Origin: Fistulifera solaris
Lineage: Eukaryota
Direction of reading: 5' to 3'
NCBI GenBank assembly: GCA_030295235.1
Contig: AP026145.1
Coordinates: 496,001-560,000, forward strand
DNA length: 64,000 nucleotides
The notes beneath the pieces are model-generated. The model had not been told where the DNA came from and searched no databases. It saw only the letters and a list, made by a program, of their open reading frames with translations. Shown piece after piece: positions 48,509 to 61,472 of the stretch; the first letter of the stretch is position 1, and each line of letters begins with the position of its first letter. The translations under genes and the position numbers were made by a program.

Positions 48509-51500
48509 CTAAAATTGTAGCTTCCGCTTCTTGGTCGAAGGTTGGACACTATTTTGGGAGCGTCCAATCACTTTGGCAAAGAGACTCTTGGAGGGACTTG
48601 TCGTTTCGTTGCCAATGGCCGGAGAAGAGCTCAATGAGTTTAGCGCAGAAATAGCTTCTAAATCGTTCGCCATAAGATTTGAAGTGTCTCCCCAATAGTG
48701 AGTTACTTGGTTGCCATGATCCGAATTTGAAGAAGTCGATGATTTCGCGGAAGATGGAGTGTGCGGAACGCCAAACATGTGAGAAGCAGCACCATTAGTA
48801 TCCATCGGAAAATCGGAATCTTTGATCAGGTTCGACGTCTCTGGAAATGTATGCAATGTGAGAGATGGACTTGCCAAATGTTTCAGTACGGGAGATAGCA
48901 TGGACCCAAATTCGCAAAACGAATGTGCCGTGGGTGTATTCGTTGTAAGACGAACGGCCGCTCGAGTAGGGGTTTGCTCTGTCTTCCTTCTCTTTGTCTT
49001 AATGGGACTTTCAAAATGCTACTGTGCGCGCTGAATTTCGACGGTGGCGGCATTGCGATCGAATTATTGTTCTCGTTCACAGTTTCGTCGAAAAAGATTT
49101 TCCTGGTGATTTGCTAGGAACATCTCGCGACGCGCCAAGACGATACGAGTCCAGCATTGAGAATCGACTGTTGCTGTCATCATTATCCGTGTACTCCGAC
49201 GGATACACCGTAGACAACTTATTGACAATTTTCGTTGCCACTATGCTCTCAGTATCGCTTTCTATTGAATGTTTCGAATCGCCCCCCTGACCTTCGGCAA
49301 GCTTCTCAAAAGCTAAGCGGGATCCGGCATCCTGAACTAATTTTTCGAAAGCTGCTCTAGAACAATCTTCTTGGTTTAAGCCGAGCTCGTACGATGGGGC
49401 TGGTTTAACAGCGACGTGGAACGGCGGCGACTTCGTTACTACGAATGCCGATTTTTTGGTAGGCGTTCCTTTAGCTGGTGTGCGCGGACGTTGGAAAGGT
49501 GTATAGGCATTCATTGGAGGAGCTGAAGAAGAATTCTTTGCCTGCTCAGATTGATCAGGACGACTCTTCCCCCTTGGATGCACTTCTTTACGTATTTCCC
49601 CTTCTGTGCTGCGAGTGACTGTGTTGCGAGTCGCATGTGGCAAGCTCGGACTTGTCGACCGCTTTGGTCGCACCGGATAGTCAGTTCTCTTCTCCCTCGA
49701 CACTGCTGCTTTTATTCTTCTCTGCAACACCAGATATCTCTTTCGAATATGTCCTCTGTCGCGATGAGGGAGATACCTGGAAGATATTTCAGCCCACATG
49801 GTACCAAAAATAGGTACAGCCTTCAGTGTGGTAATATCTTCCTGTAGGCTCCAGCGATGAACATTGAGAATTGCAGGTGCCGGTACTTGTCGCAATTGAC
49901 ACGCCTTCTTTTCGTCTACATCATCGACATTGTCGTACTTTGCTGGAGCTTCTAAATTACCTTCATCATCGATCACAACTCCATTCGCTTTGAAAAGCAT
50001 AACGCACAATTTTGCGTAACGCTGTGATATTATGTTGATAGACCTATCCGGAAGCAAGCGATCGGCCAAGAGAATCCATTGCTTTTCGCCATACAAATTT
50101 ACACCTTGAAGGACAAGGTTGTCCTCTCCAAAAGTGAACAAGTTTCGATTTTTTCGCAAAATCGCGTTCTGCTCCGGGGTGCACGGAGCAACAAAGTCTG
50201 CCCCAAGAGCCTCTTCCACGTCAGCAAATAGCGCTGATAGATCACGCGGCAAAGGCAAAAAATCAGCTTCAAAGGTAGCTCCAACATGCTTAAAGACCTT
50301 TTGACATGCTTCCGCATCCTGTAATACAAATGAGATGGCGCCTCATCGGGGGATATGCAGAAAGTGTGCCTTTACGTACCGTATCGGTTGGCAGAAGCCG
50401 GTCAAGCGAGTCGTCGGACTTTTCCGCAGCCTTACTCTCATCTGCCACCTTCGCCTTATCATTCGTCGCTTCGTCTTGGGCGGAAGAAGTCAATTGAGTT
50501 TGTGCTTTTAGAACCTCGACACTCTTGTCAATCCAATCAAACGTCTCTTTCAGCTGCTTCAGCCCCTTCACGTCGAATACCGTTTCCAACGATGGCTGCT
50601 CCTGCAAGGTTTTCGAAAATTGCAGTCGTGTCAATCGCTGCGGCGCTCCCTGTTGCACCTTGGATAAAATACCGTTTCGTCGATGCTGATCAATATCTTG
50701 TAACATTCCAGTCGCGTGGTTGACTATCTGCATTAAATCGGAAGCCGATTCCATGGTCTTACTTTGCGTTGGAGCCGCTCGAGCAGCGAGCACAGTTTGT
50801 TGTAGGAGCAGCTGGTAATGTCGATGCAATAGCTGTTGCAGTCGTTTGTATTGCGTTTCTGTGACATTCGTCGCTCGTGCAGCTTCACGAAATGGAGTAC
50901 TTTGTGATCGCGGGCTCGCCTTTTGCGTGGAAATGGATGTAGCAGGACTGCCCCAACTGTCGTGTTTCCCGGTAGGACCGCCGCTGGTGTTGTTGGTGAG
51001 TGGAGTTTTGGGTGGGTCCAGCAAGGTCGTCACAGCAGCTTCCATATCTTCTTCTTCTAGCCACCCTAGTTCTTCTTCCAGTTCTTGATAATACTTTTCT
51101 CCTAAATGGAACAAATCGGGATCTAATGGCGACGTTTCGTTTGCGGGTTGTTTCGTTGGCTCCTCGAACGACTCTCGTCTTGATCCATCCCCCAAATCAT
51201 CATCCTTGTCGTCATCATTTTCGTCATCATCGTCCTCCTCCTTGTCGAGGCGAAACTCCTCCGTGTCTTCTTCCTCGTCATTGGCAAAAGAGCATCATCC
51301 CATAACGATTTTACAAAACGACCATATTCTTCGTCATAATCGTCAAAGTTCCATGAAGGAGGAGTAAAACTAGGTTTGGGTGGCGGCTTGGTAAAATTGG
51401 GGTGAGGTTCAGACGCAAAGCTTGCTTCCTGCGCCGGCGGATGTGGTGGTACGGGCGGAGGTGGCGGTGGATATTGAGAGTGATAATGTGGCTGCGGATA

Positions 51501-51794
51501 GTGATAGGAGTAACCATAGGGCGCTGGATGAGGCTGCTGTTGTCGTTGCTGTTCGTGTTGCGGAAGATACGGCTTGGGTGGATCCGTCGGATGTTGTTTC
51601 GGAGGAGGATATTGCGGCGGCGGTAACCTCCGTCGCGCTATCGCGTGATTCCCTACCGACGAGGCGGGCAGATGAATGAATTTGGCTCGTTCCCGTTCTT
51701 TTTTCCTTGTCATGTCGGAAAGTGCATAGGCTCGAGCTTCCGCCTTAATTCGCTCAATATCTCTTTGTCGGGCTTCATCCTCGTTTCCGCTCAT
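48509..51794 (-). CDS. GON-4-like/DUO3-like SANT/Myb-domain transcriptional regulator (intron ~50320-50375; frameshifts)
   Basis: RLQQLLHRHYQLLLQ block; FTFGEDNLVLQG..LYG.KQW..LADRLLP.R; WSLQED..LKAV..FG..WA.IS..YLPHRDR; Pro/Gln-rich N-terminus and acidic tract. Confidence 0.7.
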
Positions 51795-52352
51795 TTTGAT
51801 CGCTGTGCGCGAAAATGCTCAGCAACCTCCGGACTTTTCAGTTTACAGTGCTAGAGAGGTTTCAAGTTGTTGTTTCGTCGCCGCTGGGAAGCAACAGAGT
51901 GCGCAGTATAATATTCTTTTGCTGATTTTAATTCATTGATGGAGGCTTTCATCATTGTCATAAACTTAGCAACAAAGGTCAACTGCGCCGGCGGTCGACG
52001 AGAAATCAATTCTGGCGCGCTTTTTTCCCCTCAACCACCGTGGAATTCCTACGAGCGTTCGTAGTAGGAACTTAGGTACCGCACCCTTACCTGGTATCCC
52101 TGACTGTGTAGTCTTGTTACGGCTAACGGTATAGTGCGAGAACCAGTGCGCCTTTCCTCACAGTACGTATGTTTCTCTACTTTCCCAAACGAGGATCGTA
52201 TCCATCAAACAATCTCGCGCAGCCAAAATATTGGACCGCGCAAAACCACTCATCGCGTTCCGAGAAAGCGCTCACAACGGATTTCATTCATTCGCATGCA
52301 TTTGCATTTCAAAGCATTCTACTGTATTATTCTCTTCTTGAACAACTTGAAA

Positions 52353-54348
52353 ATGGCTGGTGCTCATATTCTGAGCGCAGTGGAAGGTAAGAGCCATGTT
52401 GTGTGGGAACTGCGTCTGTTTTCGTACTAAAATCTCATCCTTATCATCCTTTATCCAGGTGCGACGACGGATCTCGTCAAGATCACTCGCGCTCTGATCA
52501 GTGTTTCCGACAAGACGGGTATTGTCGACTTTGCTACGTTCCTTGCGAGTCAAGGGGTGGAACTACTCAGCACCGGAGGTACTGCCAAGGCTTTGCGCGA
52601 CGCCGGCTTGACGGTCAAAGATGTATCGGAGTATACTGGAGCCGCGGAGTGCCTCGATGGACGAGTGAAAACGTTGCATCCTGCGGTCCACGGTGGCCTA
52701 TTGGCGGTTCGTGGTAACGAAGTTCACGATCGACAGATGAAGGAGCAAGGCTTTCAGCCGATAGACATGACCATCCTCAATTTATACCCTTTTGAAGCAA
52801 CGGTTCAGAGTGGTGCAAACTTTGCTCAGTGCATTGAGAACATTGATATCGGAGGGCCCAGCATGATGCGATCGACAGCCAAGAATCATGCGTTTACGAC
52901 GATTGTGACGCAACCCGCGCAGTACGCCGCGGTGCAGAAGGCCATGGAAGAAAACGGCGGCGCCACGACGTTGGCGCTCCGAAAACAGTTTGCCGGCAAG
53001 GCGTTCGCCTTGTCCGCGCAGTACGATTCGATGATTGCTTCGTACATGGCCGAACAACTCAAAGAAGACTCGCCCGTGGCAGTTCGCGTCTATGAACCCC
53101 AAACGACGTTGAAATATGGGTGCAATCCCCACCAAACGCCTTCGCAAATTTACAGTCGCATGGGCCACCAGTTGCCGTTTGACGTTTTGAATGGCGTTCC
53201 TGGGTACATCAACTTGCTAGACGCTGCGAATGCATGGCAGTTGGTCAAGGAATTGAACGAGGCTACGGGATTGGCTTCGGCAGCGAGTTTCAAGCACGTC
53301 AGCCCCGCTGGTGCGGCCGTCGCCGTTCCTTTGACGGATATCGAGTGCAAAGGTAAGTTGGATTGTGTTTGCTTCGTAGGCTTGATGCACATTTACTAAT
53401 ACATGAATCTATCTCGACACAGCTTACGAGATTACATCGGAGGATGCGGCAAAGTTGACGCCCACCGCCTTGGCCTATTTGCGGGCCAGAAATGCGGATC
53501 CGATGTGCAGCTTTGGTGATTTTTGTGCTGTCAGTGGAGAAGTTGACGAAGACACGGCGAACATTCTAAAACGCGAGGTCAGTGACGGGATCGTGGCTGC
53601 GAGCTACACACCTGGTGCCTTGAATATATTGAAGGCGAAGAAGGGTGGCAAGTTCATCATTCTGAAGGCCACAGAGAACTACGACGCCGGCGCTCTTGAA
53701 TACCGCGAAGTGTATGGAATGACTTTTTCACAAAAGCGCAACGATATCGTGATCGGAAAAGATCACATAAAGGGCAACGTGGTCACCTCAAACAAAGATC
53801 TCTCCGAAGCGGCGGTTCGGGACTTGATCTTGGCTTCGATCTGCATCAAATACACGCAGTCGAACTCAGTCGGCTTCGCTAAGGATGGTATGATGGTCGG
53901 AGTCGGTGCTGGACAACAATCCCGAGTCGATTGCGTCAAGTTGGCAGGGCGAAAGGTGGCAACTTGGTATTTGCGACAACACCCGAAAGTTCTCGCGTTG
54001 CCCTTCAAAGACGGCGTGAAGAGACAGGACCGTGTGAATGCGCGCGTTAGATACATCGAAGGGGACTTCACCGCGGAAGAGAAAGTTCGTTGGCTTGAAC
54101 AGTTTACGGAAGTTCCTGAACCTCTCACGGCGGAAGAGAAGGAAGACTTCCTGAAGCAAAGTACAGGTATTTCAATCAGCAGTGACGCCTTCTTCCCCTT
54201 CCGAGACTCGATTGACCATGCATCCAAGTTGGGAGTTTCGTATGTGGCACAGCCTGGTGGTAGTGTACAGGACGGGCAGATCACGGAAGCCTGTGACGAG
54301 TACGGAATGACCATGGCGTTCACAGGAGTGCGTCTATTCCACCATTAA
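52353..54348 (+). CDS. purH: Bifunctional AICAR transformylase / IMP cyclohydrolase
   Basis: RALISVSDKTG, STGGTA, GRVKTLHPAVHGGLL, IDIGGP, LKYGCNPHQ, SFKHVSPAGAA, KYTQSNSV, GAGQQSRVDC, SSDAFFPF, RLFHH; introns 52387-52458 and 53353-53422. Confidence 0.97.
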
Positions 54349-55011
54349 TCTGTTGATGTTTGTAATATGAGTTCAAATTGCAGACGCTCTATCTATTGAT
54401 CGAGCTACCAATGCTTTAATTCTTTTCTGTTTTCTATTTTGACGCGTGGATTTCATCGTTAAATTTGTAGACAATAGATTTGGACATAGAGATCAAGAAT
54501 TCCTTAGCAATGAGCAAGAGCAACTGACGCGCAGCCCAGTGATATAAGGTTAATGGTTTTCAAGTAAGCGGTACTCCATATAATAGGAGGCTGCATGTCT
54601 CTTTGACAGATACTATTCACAATCCGGCACTAAAGGATCTATGAAAAATTCTTCCCCTATCGCAATTTTATTTATTTAGTCGATTAGTGTAGACCAGACA
54701 TATAGTGCTTCGAGACTCTTCTCGCTCATTGCAGAAGCTTTCCTAAGTAACCTTGTTGTATTGGAAAAGAGTACCTTCAGCAATAAGGATCACAATTTCA
54801 CAACATCTTTCTTTGAAATACGCCAAGAAACAAGAAATATCCCTTCACATTGAAACACTGAACGTATATCATCACAAGAACTCGAAGATCAACCATAATG
54901 AGATACGTCAACGACGGGAAAGTTTCACCTGAGATCAACACTCAGATCTCAGCCGGGAAGTCTTCCCAGCGACAGGTACGCCGCCATCGTCGTGGACAAG
55001 GCACAAGTTGC

Positions 55012-56015
55012 ATGACAGAGCCCTGGGGCAAGCTAACAACTTGGATTGATCAATGGTTAACCCATGATCAGCGAAGCACGAGGGGTGAACTTGGAGCTGC
55101 AATGCTTTTGCCTTGTTCAGGGCGATCTGTAAGACGCGAGGAGAGGAACAAACAGTTCAACCAAGCAACTTTTAGAAGCAAAAGGCTACCCTGACCCTTG
55201 CCATACCGCAAAGCCAAGAGTCACTCATTGCCGCCCTTTCTCCATGTATAAGGGACAGCGAGAGTGAAGAGTCGGACTTTGAAGAGCGGACAGCGGATCG
55301 CTTCATCCAAACAGCCTCCGAAGAGGACGAGATTGACCAATTACGTCGTCTCGGTAGTTGGGATACGAACGGCACATTTGGTACGATTGGAACGAATCTT
55401 TCCAGTTCCACTCTATCTATGAATGACCTGTATACGAATTTTTCTCCAGTATTCGACGACGACGGAAATGAAATTGACCCAAAGCTACTTCAAAAGACAA
55501 TTGAGTCCAGTAAGAAGCGACACTCACAGCGAAAACGCCTGGTCAAATTCGATTATCCACCCGTTTCGTCAATGAGAGAGTGCCCACGAGTCGATGAGGA
55601 TGATTTGTCGAAAGTTTTCTTCGCAGAAGGTGAATTGGAACAGTTTGAAAATGATCGCATCTCCACAAATGTCGCGGATGATATTGAAATTGTGGCGGTT
55701 GCTTCATCCTCATCCAGTGAACAAGATCTCAGCCCAGCACAAGGGACGGCGGAAAACACGCCCCAAGATCGATTGGCAAGTAATTACGTCCCCACACCAA
55801 GGCGGAAAAGATCTTCACGTGAAGAAAGTACGACTTTCGAATACGCAAACAATGCGAAGGGAAAATTCTCGATACACCGACATCACACGCCTAACGGAGA
55901 CAGCCCAATCTATCGATCAGGCAATAGTAACGTGGTACCGAGAAGAAAAGAAAAGCGGCTGATTAAAAGTGTTCAGATATATCTTCGGGAACGTTCTGTC
56001 TGTCATTCTCGGTAA
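55012..56015 (+). CDS. Hypothetical protein (frameshift near the 5' end)
   Basis: ORF 55419-56015 (VKFDYPPVSSMRECPR..FF.E.EL) extends upstream; the start at 55012 is tentative. Confidence 0.6.
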
Positions 56016-56479
56016 TTGACAGTTATTGCTCCTTCCCCGCTTCCTGATTTCACCGACATGCTCGTTACCACCTTTGATAAGTGCTATAATAAATGTGTTT
56101 TTGATAGACGAGCCTAGCCTATTTACTTTGCACTTAAAATAAACCACGAGTAGTCCGTAGTTTCCGCAACACAAATCCATCCGTCGTAGAAAAGCTCGTA
56201 CACAACCTGCATCTTTATTAAACAACAGCTATTATTAACGACAGCGGCGTTACTATGTCAATCGAAGCTTCGTCCTACAGTAGTTTTGGGCTAATAGAGC
56301 GACCAATGGTAGCTTATAATCTTACTGCCTTTAATGCTGGAAGATCCGGAATCGTGACTAAATCAGTCCTGTTTCGCTGAATTCGGCATTGATTTCGTCG
56401 CATGATGAAACGCCGACCGCGCCCCTCCTTATCAGCGATTTGAAAAGTCCTCACGCAAAACAGGTTCAATGATGATAGG

Positions 56480-57090
56480 CACGGCTTGCGCAATCGGGGA
56501 AAGTGTCTCGCACTTTCCCCAATTGGGGAAAGTGCAATTGGGGAAAATGCGAATTGGGGAAAGTGTCTCGCACTTTCCCCAATTGGGGAAAAGTGCGAAT
56601 TGGGGAAAGTGCGTAAAGTACTTTGTACTTCAACGTTGCGCAAACAACGTCGTCGTTGCGTGCCGGAGAAAGGAATGGATAATAATAGCAGCAATCTTTT
56701 ACTTAGATAAATACAATGTTATAATACAGCTTAACCTTGTGGTCTTTTTTATCAGCTGGCTTCTTCTTCACGTCCATGCCGCCATTCCCTGCCCTGGCTT
56801 CTCTGATTGTAAAGGTCTCGCTTCACACCGCTTAACGGTGCAGGTTCGGTCGCCATCGCTTTCGTTGTGTTGCCTCTACATCATTTCCGTGAAAATCAAC
56901 CTTGTTGTTGAAGGTATCTGCAATGATAACAATCGTCATGTCCTCTGAGAGAAGTGAAAAATCGCCCGAATCATTGTTTTGGCGATTGAGTAAAGAGCGA
57001 GACAGTTTCCCCAATGGGAAAAGTGTTGCGCACTTTCCCCAATTGGGGAAAGTGATGAGAAAGGTGTTTCGCCATTGGGGAAAGTAGCCG
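56480..57090. repeat. Palindrome-clustered MITE-like element
   Basis: Perfect palindrome CACTTTCCCCAATTGGGGAAAGTG at 56511-56534 and 57031-57054, near-perfect copy at 56571-56595, and many TTGGGGAAAGTG half-sites at both ends of a ~390-bp unique core. Confidence 0.75.
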
Positions 57091-57424
57091 GCCGAGCAAT
57101 CCTTTTCTAGAGTTAAGGGTAGGCTTGCGTGTGGTTTCATCGTTGAAGCTACTCGTGACTGTGACAACGTGATTTTTAATCACGATTCCGGATCTTCCTG
57201 TCAAAAGTGTCGGGACTCAACTCAAGGTGAGTCACAGTGAGTAGAACCTACACTTTGCGATACAGCAATTATCGAACTGGGCATCAGCAAAGAGCAAAAC
57301 AAAAAATATTCCATTGTTGACAGTTAATGAATAGTCTAATTGTCGGTGAACAACAACACGTTTACATAGCGTTGCTTTAATATCTTTAAACAATCAGCAA
57401 TTTATTTAGCTTCTCAGTCGAACG

Positions 57425-59158
57425 ATGTCCGCAGAAACAGAGGACTTAGTGCACGAGGAAGAAAGGCGTCAGCGCGAACGCGAAGAAGAGATGGAGCGTA
57501 TGCTGCTGGCGCAAGAGCATGGCCAAGAGGACACAATGAATCCACCGCAAGAAGAAGAACCGCCGTTGCCCGAGTTGAATGAGCAACCACCAGAGGCTTC
57601 TCATTCCCCACCCAAACTATCCTACCGACAAGCTTCTTTCATGGCGGCAGCAGCGTTAATTTTTCACGCATTTCGATCGCGCGAGCAGTACTACCTCGCC
57701 GCTGTTTATTTATCATCTTCCAAATGGGCGTATGTCATCTTGGGAAATGCATTAATTGCTTCGTTGACTGCTGTATTCGATGGCTTCACCGCTGTCTTCT
57801 TATCCGGATTGCGTTTACAAGAAGCCGAAGGCCTGCAAGATTACTTTCGATGGAATGTCACTGAAACGTGTATTGCTTTGACCATGTTTCGCGCTGAGCT
57901 CAGTCTCTCCACAGCCATCGAGTTTCTTATTCTTATTCTTGTCAAGTGCTTGCATCAAGTTGCTATGATGCGAGAACAATTGCTTCGTGTGACGGAAGAT
58001 GCTGTGGTACCCTGGAGTGACAATGGATTGCTCGCTAGAATTCCCGTTATTCGGAAGGGACACGCCAAACTTTTCGCCTTTCTGCTATTACTACAACTTC
58101 TCGATCTCTGGGTTGTTCAACGAGCTGTCACAATACTGATCCAGAAGGGGCCCTCAGTCAACATTCTTTTTGCTTTCGAGGCAGCAATATCATTGGTTTC
58201 GGCCTGGAGCCATCTCCTGCTATGGTCGTTGCATGTGCTCGATGGATTATTGCACTACGGTCATGATCAGCTTCAATCGATTGTCTTCCGACATATCCTT
58301 CATCCATGGCGCGAGTACAAGGCAACACTTACCTTTGCAGTGGAGCTACAAGCGCAGGCAATTCAATTTCTGTTCTACCTTACTTTTTTCTCAATCGTGT
58401 TGACCTATTACGGAATGCCAATTAACTTGTTCCGTGAAGTCTACGTTTCTTTCTCTGCGCTTCGGGAGAGGCTGAATGCTTTTTTCAAATACCGTCGTCT
58501 GATGGCGAACATGAACCGATTTGCAGCTGCGTCTGACGAAGAACTGGAGGAACAGGGAAGCGTCTGCATCATTTGTCGCGACGAAATGACCGTTCGTGAT
58601 TGCAAACGATTGCCAGGCTGCCGGCATATTTTCCACAAATCATGCTTGCGCGAATGGCTGGTACAGCAACAAAGTTGTCCTACGTGTCGAACGGATATTT
58701 CCACAATGCAGGCACAAGAAGCAGCCGCGAATGCCGCACAACAAAGGGGTGAGGAGCAAGTGATTGCGGAAGCCGACGACAGTCAAGGAATTCAGAACGC
58801 TACTGACATCAAACAAGAAGCAGTCCCTGCGAATAACGTGAACACGCAACAACAGCACAAGAACGAGTCTGACACATTACCAGAAGGTCTCATGAAGACG
58901 GAAACCAATGCTCTCGAAAGTTTTTCCATGCCGAGTGGCCGCACAGTTGTTCTACTGAGAGTCTCAAGCCCATTGGGGACTCCAGTGACACGTTCTGACG
59001 GATCATTTGTACGGTTCATTCCGTCGGGGTTACTTGTTCTCGGACTACCGGAACGAATGAGCAGACACGGTCTGCAGCTGATCAAGGTACCAGATGGATG
59101 GATTCCAGAAAGTACCGTTGATCGACTTTCTGAAATCGAGAGACCAGACGGTGAATAA
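57425..59158 (+). CDS. HRD1: ERAD E3 ubiquitin ligase HRD1/synoviolin
   Basis: QYYLAAVYLSSSK, LRLQEAE, VTETCIALTMFR, GPSV.ILFAFE, YGMPINLFREVY, RING-H2 CIICRDEM..KRLPGCRHIFHKSCLREWL.QQQSCPTCR. Confidence 0.92.
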   Translation: MSAETEDLVHEEERRQREREEEMERMLLAQEHGQEDTMNPPQEEEPPLPELNEQPPEASHSPPKLSYRQASFMAAAALIFHAFRSREQYYLAAVYLSSSKWAYVILGNALIASLTAVFDGFTAVFLSGLRLQEAEGLQDYFRWNVTETCIALTMFRAELSLSTAIEFLILILVKCLHQVAMMREQLLRVTEDAVVPWSDNGLLARIPVIRKGHAKLFAFLLLLQLLDLWVVQRAVTILIQKGPSVNILFAFEAAISLVSAWSHLLLWSLHVLDGLLHYGHDQLQSIVFRHILHPWREYKATLTFAVELQAQAIQFLFYLTFFSIVLTYYGMPINLFREVYVSFSALRERLNAFFKYRRLMANMNRFAAASDEELEEQGSVCIICRDEMTVRDCKRLPGCRHIFHKSCLREWLVQQQSCPTCRTDISTMQAQEAAANAAQQRGEEQVIAEADDSQGIQNATDIKQEAVPANNVNTQQQHKNESDTLPEGLMKTETNALESFSMPSGRTVVLLRVSSPLGTPVTRSDGSFVRFIPSGLLVLGLPERMSRHGLQLIKVPDGWIPESTVDRLSEIERPDGE

Positions 59159-59191
59159 CTCCATCAATAGAGCTACCTTAGATTCGTAATT

Positions 59192-60103
59192 TTACTTTTT
59201 TAGATCTGAACAGAATTTGATTCCATTCTTTAACTTTAGTCTGTCGCCTGTTTGCGACCTGTGTTGAAAAAGCCGACCCAAACCTCTCGATTTATTCCTG
59301 TTTGCATCCTTCTCGACTTCTTTTTCGTCTGGACGCTTCTGAACTAGGTCATCAACAACATTCGACCATTCACTAGCACTAGTAAAACGGTCCCTTCCGC
59401 CGCTTTCACGCCTTGGTGTTGCCAATTTAGCTTTGTCCTCTTCCGGTGCATGAAACGACGGCGGAGTGTCCAAATTGTTCTTTCCTTCCGAGCCTCTAGC
59501 ACCGGGCTCTTCTCTGTTCTCAACCCCATCTGATACCGCATCTCCATGATCATCATCTAGTTCGTCGTCTAGAACATCGGTATCAGAATCATCCTCATCC
59601 AAATTGATTTTGACTGGCTGAATTCGTCCACCACGAGACCTCGACCTCGTCGACCTTCTCGACGACGAGCGCGCATTTCTATCTTTGAGCATAATTTCGC
59701 GTCCTCGAGACGAATCGCTCTTTTTCTCACTATTGTTCGACCCCAAATTTTCGTCTTTCACAACTTCCAGCGCTGCGATGTCCAAAGCACCTGCTGATAC
59801 CTTAATTGATCTACGACTCTTCACCCCAGGGCTGGGCGTCCTGGTGGGATCCTTCGCACCCTTCTTCTTTCGAACAATAACCTTCATCCTCACCTTGTCA
59901 CCCAAAGAAGGAACCGGATTTAATGCCAATTGCGCCTTCGCCAGGTCGAGCAATTCTTTGTCTTGTTCGTCAGAACTTTTTGACCGCCCCGGAGAACGCC
60001 GCTTCGGGGATGCACATGCTGCAGCACTACAGGAAAAATCCCTTTCGGTAAGCGTTCCACTGGAATTCATCTTTTTTAGCCCGGATTGAACGTCCGTTGA
60101 CAC
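59192..60103 (-). CDS. Hypothetical charged, low-complexity protein
   Basis: 303-aa ORF rich in S/R/K/D; the first ATG is at ~60070. Confidence 0.65.
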   Translation of the reverse strand: MSTDVQSGLKKMNSSGTLTERDFSCSAAACASPKRRSPGRSKSSDEQDKELLDLAKAQLALNPVPSLGDKVRMKVIVRKKKGAKDPTRTPSPGVKSRRSIKVSAGALDIAALEVVKDENLGSNNSEKKSDSSRGREIMLKDRNARSSSRRSTRSRSRGGRIQPVKINLDEDDSDTDVLDDELDDDHGDAVSDGVENREEPGARGSEGKNNLDTPPSFHAPEEDKAKLATPRRESGGRDRFTSASEWSNVVDDLVQKRPDEKEVEKDANRNKSRGLGRLFQHRSQTGDRLKLKNGIKFCSDLKK

Positions 60104-61472
60104 AGCAGCCGATTTCTCAGATGAACTCGTGCCATCGGCAGAGCTATTCGTCCGTTGTGGCGTGCTGCGACTTCGGGACCGAAGAGGCGCGTGTCGTGTC
60201 CTCCCTCGCTCGCCGCAGGAAAACCATCCTGGTCAATTATCAGATCTGTCATGTTTATTCGTTTGCCTTTTATATCAGTCCAGAGCTCTTGTAGTTTATC
60301 TCCAAACCCATGTTTTGCACTCCGGAATGTTTTGAAGCAATTGAAAATATTGCGAGAACGAATTGTGACTTTGTGACTTACGATCCTCAGTAAGACTACT
60401 ATTTAAGCCACAGTTCACTGGTTAAACAAAATACCTAAAGATTGTACAACGTACCTTGTACCAGTACTCAGCACAAGATACCAAACGCCCAATCAAGAGA
60501 TAAATGACCGGTTTGCAGACAAAGGGACCATATATGACTATTTTTATTTACGTTGTACACTGAGCAAGCACGATTGTGTACTGTAGGACCTAATGTACAG
60601 ATCCACCTCGCATTCTCATGTCGTGTCGTGTCGTTCGATGTTCTTTTCCAACATCTCCATCATTTCCACAAGCTTTTTGAATCTGCAATGGTCGATAATG
60701 GTTCATCATTCATGTTTTGTACTGCATACATCCACAATCCGAATGAAGAACAGAGCAGACTCATTCTCAAGGGAAAGTTAACCAGAATGGAATCTCTCAA
60801 TTTATGACAGCGATAAACCAGCTCGAAGGATGCAGAGTGTTGGCTAGGCGAAATGGATGTAACGGTACTTCTTAATCAACAAAAAGTGGGACAAATCAAA
60901 AAGCATCGCTATGTATTGGTTAGCTGCAACAAAAAGTGGCCTGACAAAAGATCTCGTTGCTGTCGTTTACATGAAAGTGGTGACGGCACAATCACTACAA
61001 TCGACTCTAAGCAAAGCAAAAAGAGCAGGCGAGGACGAAAAGGTGTTGCTTGAGACGGCTAGTTTGCCATATCTAATGCAGATTTGCGCCGGTCCAACAA
61101 ATTTTTCAGTCAGATAACTGAGATTGGCAGGCCAACTGGGAAATGATCCTCTCGCTGAGTACTGGTACGTTGATAAATGATCCAATCGCGAAATGGACCT
61201 ATTTCGCTTTGGTCGAACGTCGAACAAGAAAGCAAGAGGAACGATACAGTATATGATTGATTGAAACGATTCACCGTGATTTATTATCAAGTATCACCTA
61301 TCATCATGAGTAAGATCACCGGCACAGGTGCCGTACTATCGTTGCCTTCTTGCCTTTAAGTCAGTGGGGACGGCGCTCGCCACAACACTTGAAGAATGAA
61401 CCTAGCCGAGCTCAATTGTTTCTGCAGTATTAATTTACAGGCTCAACTTTATCGATCGATTTACTATTTTAC

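Noticed and set aside
57085..57112. Helitron 3' end (CTAG) for the palindrome element
   Set aside because: There is no convincing GC-rich hairpin at the expected distance, and the CTAG is followed by A rather than T.
60688..61180. Possible small gene or pseudogene on the + strand
   Set aside because: Only short ORFs separated by stops, with no recognisable domain.
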